From positions 1 to 64,000 of the forward strand of contig CAZALK010000003.1 of NCBI GenBank assembly GCA_964486045.1: 64,000 nucleotides of DNA, read 5' to 3'. The notes under the pieces were generated by a model. That model ran no database searches. It had not been told where the DNA came from and was given only the letters and a program-made list of their open reading frames with translations. Positions 1 through 9,219 of the stretch are shown in pieces. This stretch comes from an uncultured archaeon. GTDB lineage: Archaea > Asgardarchaeota > Lokiarchaeia > Sigyniarchaeales > SOKP01. Both the position numbers and the translations under genes were made by a program. Every line of letters begins with the position of its first letter. Within the stretch, counting starts at the first letter, position 1.

Positions 1-1
1 C

Positions 2-484
2 TCACTATTAAGCGGGAGTGGTGATAGTCAAGCAGCAGCCGCTCCAGCAGCCGCAGCTGCCTCAATACCCGCAGCACCCGCACCACCAGCAGCTGCCTCA
101 ATACCCGCAGCACCCGCACCACCAGCAGCTGCCTCAATACCCGCACCACCAACAACTGCTGGACCGCCAAAAGCACCTTCAAATGGCCCTCCTAAACCAC
201 CCACAAGTCCTCCAAAAGCACCTTCAAGTGGCCCTCCTAAACCACCCACAGGTCCTCCAAAAGCAGGTAATTTACCAGCAGCACCGAAATTACCACCTTC
301 TGGATCGCCACAGGCCCCACCTAGTTCAGGACCGCCACATGCTAAAAGGCCAGTTGGACCTCCTGGAGGTGGACCTCCAGCTCCGGCAGACGCAGCACCT
401 CAAGCTGGAGGAGGTTTAAGCTCTCTTAGAGATGAAATGCTCGATGAGCTTAACCGTTTGAAAAAAATCATGCGAGGAGAATAA
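2..484 (+). CDS. 3' part of an Ala/Pro-rich protein with a C-terminal WH2-like amphipathic motif (5'-partial, runs off the window)
   Basis: Frame +2 is open from nt 2 to TAA 482-484: SLLSGSGDSQAAAAPAAAAASIPAAPAPP...GPPKPP...GGGLSSLRDEMLDELNRLKKIMRGE*. It is absent from the ORF track because its start lies outside the window. Confidence 0.85.
   Translation, partial: SLLSGSGDSQAAAAPAAAAASIPAAPAPPAAASIPAAPAPPAAASIPAPPTTAGPPKAPSNGPPKPPTSPPKAPSSGPPKPPTGPPKAGNLPAAPKLPPSGSPQAPPSSGPPHAKRPVGPPGGGPPAPADAAPQAGGGLSSLRDEMLDELNRLKKIMRGE
53..151 (+). repeat. In-frame 36-bp tandem repeat (AAASIPAAPAPP), two full copies plus a shortened third
   Basis: gcagctgcctcaatacccgcagcacccgcaccacca at 53 and 89, with a partial copy at 125. 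Confidence 0.9.
167..265 (+). repeat. In-frame 45-bp tandem repeat (PKAPSxGPPKPPTxP), two copies plus a stub
   Basis: ccaaaagcaccttcaa[a/g]tggccctcctaaaccacccaca[a/g]gtcct at 167 and 212. Confidence 0.9.
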
Positions 485-631
485 CCAGTCCACCGATCTG
501 GCAAAGACTAGCAACCTGTTATAATAAATATCAATTTATCCTGTTTTAATTTTTAAAAATGTCATATTTTTCCCCTTTAGGAATTTTAGAAATCTCAATA
601 GACTATAAAGTTATAAACTTGATTAATTTAG

Positions 632-925
632 TATACCCCCCCAAATGGAAAAATTGTAGTAAAAACAGATTTAAAAGATGATTTTGTGTTGATTTCTGTG
701 ACCGATGATGGGATTGGGTTTACGGAGGATCAGAAAGAGAGGGTTTTTGTCCGTTTTGGAAAAATCGAGCGTTATGGTCAAGGGATTGATTTAGGGATTG
801 ATGGGACTGGTCTTGGTCTGTATATTTCAAAAAAAATTGTAGAGTCTTATGGTGGTAAAATCTGGTTAGAATCAGATGGTTCTAACAAAGGAAGCACATT
901 CTACTTTACTATCCCTATTGCTTGA
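632..925 (+). pseudogene. Orphan C-terminal HATPase_c fragment of a histidine kinase
   Basis: YTPPNGKI...VTDDGIG...GTGLGL...GSTFYFTIP. The frame is preceded by TAG at 629-631, where the N-box NAIK should be. No HisKA or sensor part is present. Confidence 0.8.
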
Positions 926-1172
926 TAATATTTTACACTTTTAGTGGATCTCTTTTTCGATAAAATTTGGCGTAAATTAATTCTTCTACAAGAGTAATAT
1001 AATCAAGTATGACGTTATAGCACTTGTTAAAATCTATGTCTAATTTGTTACTTCCAACTTTATAATGAACAATAGTTTAAAATATATCTATTTTAATTCC
1101 CGATTAAATAATATTATATTAAGGAGTATTAAAGAAACTTAAATATTGAATAAACATTTTCAGGCAAAAAGA

Positions 1173-2294
1173 ATGGGAAATCTTACTGTAGTTATAGATA
1201 TCGGTCAATTCTCTACTAAAATCGGGTTTGCGGGAGAAGATTCTCCAGCTCAAGTATTTTTAACGATGGTCGGGAAACCAAAATATCAAAGTATAAGTAT
1301 TGATTATTCAAATTCTAAGAAAAGAGAAGACGAACTTTATGTTGGTGATGAAATCCAATCTATAGGACTTTATAAAATTTTTCATCCAATAGAAAAGGGG
1401 ATCATAATTGATTGGAAACATTTTGAAAATATTGTTAATTATATCTTTTATAATTTAAGAGTTGACCCTTCTTTAGTTAATGTCCTTTTAGCCGTCCACC
1501 CGTTATTTCCACGTAAGGATTTAGAAAAGATTTTTGAACTATTTTTAGAAAGACTTCAATGTATGAATTTTTATCCGGTTTTAGATTCGATGCTTACTTT
1601 ATATTCAGGTGGTTTTCAAACAGGCTTGATTGTAGAAATTGGTGACAGTAATACACGGATTGTACCGATATATGAAGGTTATAAATTAAATCATGCAGTA
1701 AGAATTCTGGAAATAGGTGGTAAAGTATTGACTAAATATATGGAAAAAATCTTAGAATCTATAGGGTGGTCAGTTGATTCTTCTATTCGAAGAGAGTTAG
1801 TTAGAGCTCTAAAGGAAAAGGCTTGTTTTGTTTCTTTAGATTATAAAGAAGATCTAAAAAGGAGTGAACAATACAACAAAGAATATTCATTACCAGATGG
1901 ATCAACAATCTCACTAAATAATGAAAGATATACTGTTCCAGAGCTCTTATTTAACCCTTCTACTGAATTGGAGGAAGTCTCGCTGCCTGTAGCTATTATA
2001 GATGTAGTAGAAGCTTGTGATTTAGATATTCGCCCGGAATTATTAAATAATATATTTTTAAGCGGAGGATCTTCCATGTTTCCTAATTTAAAATCAAGAA
2101 TGTATCAAGAATTAGAACTTGAACTAGCTAGAAGGAAGAAAAAAAGTCAAAGTGTAAGAATTATAGCCCCACAAGAGCGAACCTTTTCTGTATGGATAGG
2201 TGGTTCAATATTAGCAAAGATTCCAGAATTTTCAGAGAACTGGATATCTCGAGCAAAATATTTTAAAGATGGAATCCCCCCTAACTTGTTATAG
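1173..2294 (+). CDS. Actin-related protein (Asgard Arp, actin family)
   Basis: Motifs VVIDIGQFSTKIGFAGEDSP, YVGDE, PIEKGIIIDW, IVEIGDSNTRIVPIYEGY, LKEKACFV, YSLPDG, LSGGSSMFP and ERTFSVWIGGSILA. ATG 1173 is preferred over TTG 1146. Confidence 0.95.
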   Translation: MGNLTVVIDIGQFSTKIGFAGEDSPAQVFLTMVGKPKYQSISIDYSNSKKREDELYVGDEIQSIGLYKIFHPIEKGIIIDWKHFENIVNYIFYNLRVDPSLVNVLLAVHPLFPRKDLEKIFELFLERLQCMNFYPVLDSMLTLYSGGFQTGLIVEIGDSNTRIVPIYEGYKLNHAVRILEIGGKVLTKYMEKILESIGWSVDSSIRRELVRALKEKACFVSLDYKEDLKRSEQYNKEYSLPDGSTISLNNERYTVPELLFNPSTELEEVSLPVAIIDVVEACDLDIRPELLNNIFLSGGSSMFPNLKSRMYQELELELARRKKKSQSVRIIAPQERTFSVWIGGSILAKIPEFSENWISRAKYFKDGIPPNLL

Positions 2295-2394
2295 CCTACA
2301 ATACCCTCAATATTACAGTGATATTACACTTAATTAAATAATTATCAGAAGTATAAAATCACATCAGAACCTTATTATAAAGTGATATTCAAGA

Positions 2395-2733
2395 ATGGAA
2401 GAAAGGGAACAGGAAAAATATTATAATCCAATTTATTCGGTCTTGTTTAACAAAATTAAAGATATCAAAACTCCAATTAAAAATGAAATATTAAAAGCTC
2501 TCCTTGATGGACAATGGCATTCTGAGCGTGAACTCATTAGAGTATCAAAAAAACAGCATGGATTTGTTGGAGCAGTTACATTAGGAACAATGGTTAATTC
2601 ATTAAACCACTCGATTAAAAATAATTATTTACAAAAGAAAGTCGTAAATGAAAAGCTGTATTACAAGATTACCGACAATTTTGTTGGATTAACAAGAGCT
2701 GCATATAGGTTTAATGCAAAAAGATTCTTTTAG
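2395..2733 (+). CDS. Small winged-helix-like hypothetical protein
   Basis: EILKALLDGQWHSERELI...YLQKKVVNEKLYYKIT fits a helix-helix-wing pattern. Confidence 0.6.
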   Translation: MEEREQEKYYNPIYSVLFNKIKDIKTPIKNEILKALLDGQWHSERELIRVSKKQHGFVGAVTLGTMVNSLNHSIKNNYLQKKVVNEKLYYKITDNFVGLTRAAYRFNAKRFF

Positions 2734-2826
2734 CAAAAGGATATTCAAACTTTTGAATTTATCCCTCCTGAAGATTTAATGGTTTTTAAAATGCAGTAGG
2801 GAGATATTATTCAAAGTTATATCGAA

Positions 2827-4971
2827 TTATTTTTTTATGCAAGTATCTTTTGAAATTTTAAAGTCTCTACAATTAGAGCAAAACCCTTTTCCCTTTTCAA
2901 AATCATTCCAACAATTAGGACATAAGTAGTAATTATAACTCTTATCGTTTTTTCGAAGGGAAATCTTAAAAATATTGAAGTTACAAACTAAACAAATAGA
3001 ATTCAACAATAAAAGTCTTCCTTTCTTGGGCAAGGATAAATATTTCTTACAATTATCATCTGAACAAACTAAAAATCTTTTGTTTTTTAAATTTATGAAC
3101 TTCATTGGATAATTTAGACAATTAGGACATCTAGATGATGTTTGAGGTATTTTTTGAGGTGTTTTGTTTTTTATTTTTAAATTGTTTGCTTTGGAGATAA
3201 TATCATGCTTGTTTGCCAAAAACTTATCAAATAATTTCAAAAACTCTATTCTTATTTCATACACCACATTATGCATTTTCTCTCTTTTTTCTTTAATATC
3301 TTCAAGTTTTTCTTCGATCATTTTAGTAAAATCTGGTTTAAGAAATGGTAACCATATTTTTATCAAGATCTCGACTAGAAATTTACCTAAATCTGTTATA
3401 AAATATTGATATTTAACTCTATTTATTACTTGCCTCTTTTGTAGTATATATATTATTTGAGGTCGTGTGGATTTTGTCCCAAGATGATTTTTTTCCATTA
3501 ATTTAAGTAAAGATGTGTCTGTGTACCTGGGGGGGGGTTTGGTTTCTTTTTGGTTGAGAGTTATTTCTTCTACAGCTATTTTCTTACTTGAAATTTGTAT
3601 TTCTTCTTCATATTTGGGTTTAAGGAAAGGAGCAATTTCAAGAAATCCTTTAGAAATTAAAGAAACTCGCTGAGATCTAAAAGGTTCATCCTTAATGGAT
3701 AAATTTAGAATTTGTGTTGATTCAATTGCGTCTTCGCCAAATAATGCAAGATAATGTCGGGTAAGTAAGTTATATACTTTTTTCTGTAAATTATTTTCTA
3801 ATTTTGTGCTATTTACTTCTAGGCTTTCTAGAGGAGTAATTGGCGGATGATCACCAGCATCTTTCTTTCCTCTAGTCGGTCTCATTCTCCTATTTTGTAC
3901 TAATGTTAAGCTATATTTTCCTAATTGAGAATGTGAAGTGAACTTATCCAAAATTCCTTTATGATTAAAATATGGTTTATATACATCACTATCTGTCCTA
4001 GGATAAGAGATTATTTTATTTAGGTATAATTCATTCATAGTTTTCAAGGCAGTGTTCGCGGGGATTTTTAAATTTCTCGTGAGAAGGATTAAAGCTTTTG
4101 ATGTATTTAAAGGAGTCGGTGGAGATCTTTTTTTAGAATTCTTAGCAATATCGACAACTATTCCAATTTTTTCATTTTGAATTTTTTTAAAAATTTGTCG
4201 TACTTGGGATTCTGCATCTTTTTTAAAAGGATTTGAGAGATGATGTGCTTTAAAAGTCCCTTTATCATGAACTAAGACCGCATCTATTAAAAAATATACC
4301 TCAGGTATAAAATTTTCGATATTTTGTTCTTTTAAATAGATTAAATAAAGAAGACTTGTCTGAACTCTACCGATCGAAGTAAATTTAACTCCAAAATTAT
4401 TGAGTAATGGACGAAGAGTATTGCTAACCTCTCTAGTGGCAGAAAAACCAATTACTGCATCAATTATTGCTCTAGCCTCTCCTGATTCCCCCCAACTGAA
4501 CTTTGGGACTATTAAATTGCTAAATTTATTAAGAATCTCATTCGGTTGAAGTGAACTAAGCCACAGTTGTGAAACCTTTATATTTGGTTTTATTTGCTTA
4601 ACATAAGGGAGAGCATCGAACAATCCTATATTACATCCTTCAATATCCGCATCAGTTGCAATTATACATTGATCACAGATTTTAGCAAATACTTCAATTG
4701 TTTTTATATACGGAAATGCATATTTGATGGGCATTTTTTTTATTGAAATTGGATCTAAAATTATATCTCGAGGTATAGGATTTTTCCAATTTTTATATTT
4801 CTCAGTATTTCTATATTCAAGAATATGGCCCCTAAGAGGGACTATATATATGTCTTTACTATTTATATAATATACGTTTACCTTAGTTTTATTTATTTTA
4901 GAATATGAACCTAATGCACTTGCAATAGCCATTGCTGCTTTATTTTTCTCTGCAATTATTAAAGTGGGCAT
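2827..4971 (-). CDS. topA: DNA topoisomerase type IA with C-terminal Zn ribbons
   Basis: IIAEK, LRGH, ATDADIEG, SIGRVQT, catalytic ISYPRTDS, DHPPITP and LGTKSTR, followed by several CxxC pairs. Confidence 0.95.
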   Translation of the reverse strand: MPTLIIAEKNKAAMAIASALGSYSKINKTKVNVYYINSKDIYIVPLRGHILEYRNTEKYKNWKNPIPRDIILDPISIKKMPIKYAFPYIKTIEVFAKICDQCIIATDADIEGCNIGLFDALPYVKQIKPNIKVSQLWLSSLQPNEILNKFSNLIVPKFSWGESGEARAIIDAVIGFSATREVSNTLRPLLNNFGVKFTSIGRVQTSLLYLIYLKEQNIENFIPEVYFLIDAVLVHDKGTFKAHHLSNPFKKDAESQVRQIFKKIQNEKIGIVVDIAKNSKKRSPPTPLNTSKALILLTRNLKIPANTALKTMNELYLNKIISYPRTDSDVYKPYFNHKGILDKFTSHSQLGKYSLTLVQNRRMRPTRGKKDAGDHPPITPLESLEVNSTKLENNLQKKVYNLLTRHYLALFGEDAIESTQILNLSIKDEPFRSQRVSLISKGFLEIAPFLKPKYEEEIQISSKKIAVEEITLNQKETKPPPRYTDTSLLKLMEKNHLGTKSTRPQIIYILQKRQVINRVKYQYFITDLGKFLVEILIKIWLPFLKPDFTKMIEEKLEDIKEKREKMHNVVYEIRIEFLKLFDKFLANKHDIISKANNLKIKNKTPQKIPQTSSRCPNCLNYPMKFINLKNKRFLVCSDDNCKKYLSLPKKGRLLLLNSICLVCNFNIFKISLRKNDKSYNYYLCPNCWNDFEKGKGFCSNCRDFKISKDTCIKK

Positions 4972-5452
4972 TAATATTTTAGAAGAACAAATCTTTTTAC
5001 TAATATATTATTTATTATTTAGCAATTGGAAGTAAAAAGTTTGGGGAAACTTTAACTAATTTTGGGACTAATAGCTTTCAATATAATATTTTAATAAAAC
5101 ATAAAATAATGTTTGTTGGCAGATTTCCTAAGGTAATAGAAGAAGGGTGTATCTTACAAGGACTAAACGATATAGCTTCGACACTAACTATCTTTAATAA
5201 TTTATAGAGTTTAATGACGTGTTAGTAGAGCTATGATAAATAAGTTTTAATGATTTTAGCATAAATTTGCTTAGCGTCTTCTTGAACTAAGAATAGTGCT
5301 AAAAATCTGATAGGAAGATCTAAATACTTGACACATCTATTAACAATTAAAAAAAAAATAATTAATACTTCTGTTAACAATTAGAAAAATTCTTTAAATC
5401 AACTAATCAATGAAGTCTTTTTTTTTAAATTGTTTAAAGGATTTAAAATAAT

Positions 5453-5758
5453 ATGAGAGATCCGAAAAGAATTAAAAGGGTATGTCTTTTGTTAGCGGAG
5501 GTCTGGAGCCATTTTCCTCAACAAAGATTGGGACAATTTTTATTAAATTTTGTTTATGGAAGTTATGGAAAGGATCATCATATTTATAACAAAGAAGATG
5601 ACGAAGTGGAGCAAATATTGAAGTTATTTATGGAAAAATTTAACGAATTTAAAGAACTACCTAGACAAGAAGAATTTGAACAAGAAAAGCTATTTTTTAA
5701 AAGAGTCGCTAAAGAACTTCGAGATTCATTAAAAAGCGAGGAGAACAATGAAAAGTGA
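5453..5758 (+). CDS. Hypothetical protein with an MRDPKRI...W...RLGQ motif (YihD/DUF1040-like, often seen in viruses)
   Basis: MRDPKRIKRVCLLLAEVWSHFPQQRLGQFL. The family call is from memory of the motif. Confidence 0.55.
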   Translation: MRDPKRIKRVCLLLAEVWSHFPQQRLGQFLLNFVYGSYGKDHHIYNKEDDEVEQILKLFMEKFNEFKELPRQEEFEQEKLFFKRVAKELRDSLKSEENNEK

Positions 5759-6150
5759 ATTAAGAATTTGCCAAAGTAAAGTTAAAATATATGAAAGGGA
5801 TGGATAGAATTGAATAAGAACAAACAGAAAATTAATTCTCTCAAACTGAAACAGAAACTCCAAGTACTCATCGAACAATTTCTCCTATTCATAATATTTA
5901 ATACTAAAAGAATTAATGAAAGAGCATTCGAAAAAAGAAATTAAATATTTTTAATATAATAGTGGAGAATTAATAGTGAATCTTAATGGACAATAATTCA
6001 GGTAGATTATTGAATGGTGTAATAAAAAGATTGAACGGAATTAGAAAATGAAAAGACCAAATAATTCAAATTTAATTGAAGAAAATGAACAGCATAAGAA
6101 AAAGGCTATATAGCTTATCATACGCCACCAGGAAGTGCGCAACTCGTGCC

Positions 6151-6332
6151 GCTTAAACCTATATTTAACTACTATCATTTAACTACTATCTATTATGCTT
6201 AAACCTATATTTAACTACTATCTATTTAACTACTATCTAGTAGTATTGTGCTTAAACCTATATTTAACTACTATCTAGTCTACTATATTTAACTACTATC
6301 TAGTCTACTATATTTAACTACTATCTAGTCTA
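6151..6332. repeat. Intergenic composite direct-repeat array
   Basis: Seven exact copies of ATTTAACTACTATC at 6163, 6177, 6209, 6224, 6262, 6287 and 6312. Three are preceded by GCTTAAACCTAT, and the last three are spaced exactly 25 bp apart. Confidence 0.95.
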
Positions 6333-6524
6333 GCTAAATAAATTATGATTCATCCATTTTTTAGCTCTAGGTTTCCAAATTAAATTTTGCAAGGGATTAT
6401 ATTTTTTAATAAACCTATGATAGGTAGTACTTCCATAAACCGATCTAAGGAGATAATCTCCGCTTACCAAATCAGTTAATATCAAATATTTGTCCACATC
6501 TATATAGTCATTTTTTATTCTCAT
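6330..6524 (-). CDS. Small hypothetical protein
   Basis: 64-aa ATG ORF ending at the repeat array, with no recognisable motif. Confidence 0.4.
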   Translation of the reverse strand: MRIKNDYIDVDKYLILTDLVSGDYLLRSVYGSTTYHRFIKKYNPLQNLIWKPRAKKWMNHNLFS

Positions 6525-6563
6525 ACAGTGAATTTAAGCCAGTACTTTGATTAAATTTTATTC

Positions 6564-8768
6564 CTAAATTTTTATATCAACCATGCAATTTTTGCATTGA
6601 ATTGCATTACCATCTATAAATTCTTGAATTAAATTAGCAGAGATTGAATTATAACAATAGGGACACAAATTTGACAGGATAGAGACTCGAATATCATAAA
6701 ATTCACCTTCAGCATCAATAGTTTTATCATAGATAAGCTTTTTTCTAACACGACTTCCTATTTCTGCCAAAAACGCAGTTATTTGTCGCTCATCATTTCC
6801 AGATACTTCAATTTCAACTTTTTTACTCGTACCGTCTAACAATACATATACAATAAGCTGATTTTTCTTTATTTTTGTTATACCATAAAACCAGGCCTCT
6901 CCAAATTTATCTTCTTCAGAGAACGTTTTAAAGATTAGTTTAATATCAAATTGTCCAAGTATAGTTATTAGGGAAGAAAAAATTGAGAATGACTTATCTT
7001 GGTTTTTAAGGGGAAATATTTTTTTATCGTGATGAGTAAGCTTTCGATGAAGACTTTTAACTCGTGCTAGATTAGCATCACCTTCAGTAAAAAATATTGG
7101 ACAAGAAATTGATATCATTTTAGGTTCCATTGTTACGGCATGCGGTTTGTCTCTCACATCAAAAAAACTCACTGTTGCATTTACAGGACTCTCCATACAA
7201 TTAATAGGTTCTAAATATAATGAAATAGCTTTTTTCTCATTAGCTCCTAATTTTGAAATAAGAATGCTATCCCCTGATCGTGAATAGTTAGGCTCATGCA
7301 ATATCCATTTTAACGCATCTGGGATGCTAAATGTAATTTTTAAATTAGTTAATGAGAAATTGGTTTTATTATTTAATCCAATTTTAAATCTAATCTGCCC
7401 TCCAATGAAATCAAACTCCCTAATTATGGATAAAAATGATCCTTTTTGCACTTCCTCTATAATTTGGGGTTCCTCAAAGTCTACTGTATCTAATTCATCA
7501 ACTTTAACTCTTGATATAATACCAATTAACTTATCCATTTTAATCTGAAGATCATGTAGAAACTTTCTACTATATACAATTCTAGTTTTTAATTTCTCAC
7601 CCAAAGGTTTAAAGAATGCAATTTCATTAGTTTTTTCTTTCGCTTCGGAATATATTAAGATGATTTCATTAACTTTCTTGATTGCTCCTTTTAAATCTTT
7701 TTTCTGTAATGAACGGGCTTTTTTTAAATCGTTATCTGTATTAAATATTATTATCTCAATTTCTAATTGATTGATCCTTAATTCTATATTTTATATTGCT
7801 CGAAGGAGTTTATCAACGGGGAAATTTAGTTTATTAACTTTATTCAATTCTATAGCGGCTTGAAAATTTGAAATTGATAATCTCCATTCCTTTTGAGATA
7901 TTTGTAAATCTGATTTCTCGTAAGCCTTCAAAGCAGTTTTATTGTGAACATCGGCCCTTACTTTATATGCATTAAACATACTTTCTTTCAGGATTTTTAG
8001 ATTTTCTTTAATCTTATCTTTTTCGGCTGCTTTCTTTAATGCTTTCTCAAAATAGTTTATTGACTTTTCCCAGTTTTCTATTGCTGGTTGATAAGACTTT
8101 TTGGAATAGTTTTTATTTCCTCTTTCTGCGAATTCTTTCGACTTTCTTAAAAGAACCTGAAATTCATTCAATAATAATTCTTCTTCTTCTTGTTTAACTA
8201 AAGTGTGATAATTAATTTTTAGTGAAAAAAGAAAATTTATAAGGAAAATTGATAATATGGTTAAAAAAGTCCAAAAAATACTAATTAATTTAAAAAAGCT
8301 AAATAGGCTAAAAAATGTCCCTATGATTAGAATTATTGAAATGAAAAAAAATGCTTGATACCGGTCAAAAAAATCTCTTAATTTTATAGATCTCGTTCTT
8401 GGTATTATGTATTTTGGAGCCCCATATAGATTATTATCCGAGGATGTCACTACCATAAAAAATGATATAATTGATCCTAATGCTACCCAAATTCCGAATA
8501 TGATATGTGCAGAGAGCCAACCATTATAATATGATCCTGCTCCTATAATGCCTAGATATATACTCATTCCAAGCCAAAATGGATAGAATAAATATATCGA
8601 CTTTATCACTCTTATAAAACGCTCAGGATTTTTGGTTCCAAGAAAATATGTTATAATAGACCATGCATAACAACCAAAGAAAAACGATGAAAATGTATTT
8701 GTGTAAATAAGATAATTATCTGTTAGCTGTACCCAATCCCAAACCCAACTGAAAAGCGTTTCCTCAAT
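6564..8768 (-). pseudogene. Membrane protein (TM helices, TPR-like helices, adaptin-appendage/BBS-like GAE+platform domain, CxxC...CxxC tail) interrupted by one in-frame TAA
   Basis: Track ORFs 7791..8609 and 6564..7604 are in the same frame. The 62 codons between them (NIELRINQLE...FFKP) are open after TAA 7793-7791. The frame is also open upstream of 8609 to about 8795 without ATG/GTG/TTG. Confidence 0.75.
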
Positions 8769-8982
8769 TCTCTTTTTAGTTATTGCAACAACTGTTTATC
8801 TAAAAGAATGGCCCTTACATATATTTCAAGTGGTTGCTACTATTCTAGTTATGATGACACTTTACTCAGCACCAGCATATTTCATATATCTTAAAGTGTC
8901 TCAAAAGGTTTATCGGAGAATATTTAGAAAAGATTTACAAGAATTAGAAATGTTAACTAAAAATGACATCAAATTAAAATAA
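8767..8982 (+). pseudogene. C-terminal fragment of a membrane protein
   Basis: ILFLVIATTVYLKEWPLHIFQVVATILVMMTLYSAPAYFIYLKVSQKVYRRIFRKDLQELE...K*, with no plausible own N-terminus. Confidence 0.5.
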
Positions 8983-9219
8983 TTTTATTCTTTTTTTTTT
9001 ATCAAAATAAGAAAAAATAAGGTCAACTACTTATCATTCAGCAAAACAAAAAATCATAGATATGAAATTATCTAATTAATTTGTAATCAAAAAAATTTTT
9101 CTTATAAATTATCATAATAATTTTTAATTTCTCTTCTCTTCTTTTTCAAACAACTCAACTATTTTCATCTTTGAAGGTGTTAAAAAATCACAATTAAAAA
9201 AAAAAAAAATAATCTTGTC

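Noticed and set aside
18-419. Gln/His-rich ORF in the track (and antisense 28..249)
   Set aside because: These are off-frame and antisense shadows of the Pro/Ala-rich frame +2 gene, which has CCA/GCA/GGA codon usage and a structured C-terminus.
686-925. Stand-alone 79-aa ATPase gene
   Set aside because: It lacks the N-box, and homology extends upstream of the TTG to a stop codon, so it is a kinase fragment.
6120-6152. GC-rich patch with CGCCACCA resembling a tRNA 3' end or att site
   Set aside because: There is no T-loop (GTTCRA) or cloverleaf upstream.
6151-6332. Possible CRISPR array
   Set aside because: The core is only 14 bp, the intervening sequences are short and themselves repeated, there are no unique spacers, and no cas genes are present.
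7791-7793. Selenocysteine or pyrrolysine recoding at the internal stop
   Set aside because: The codon is TAA, not TGA or TAG. I also saw no in-frame TGA at catalytic Cys positions in the tusA, dsrE, rhodanese or Fe-S genes.
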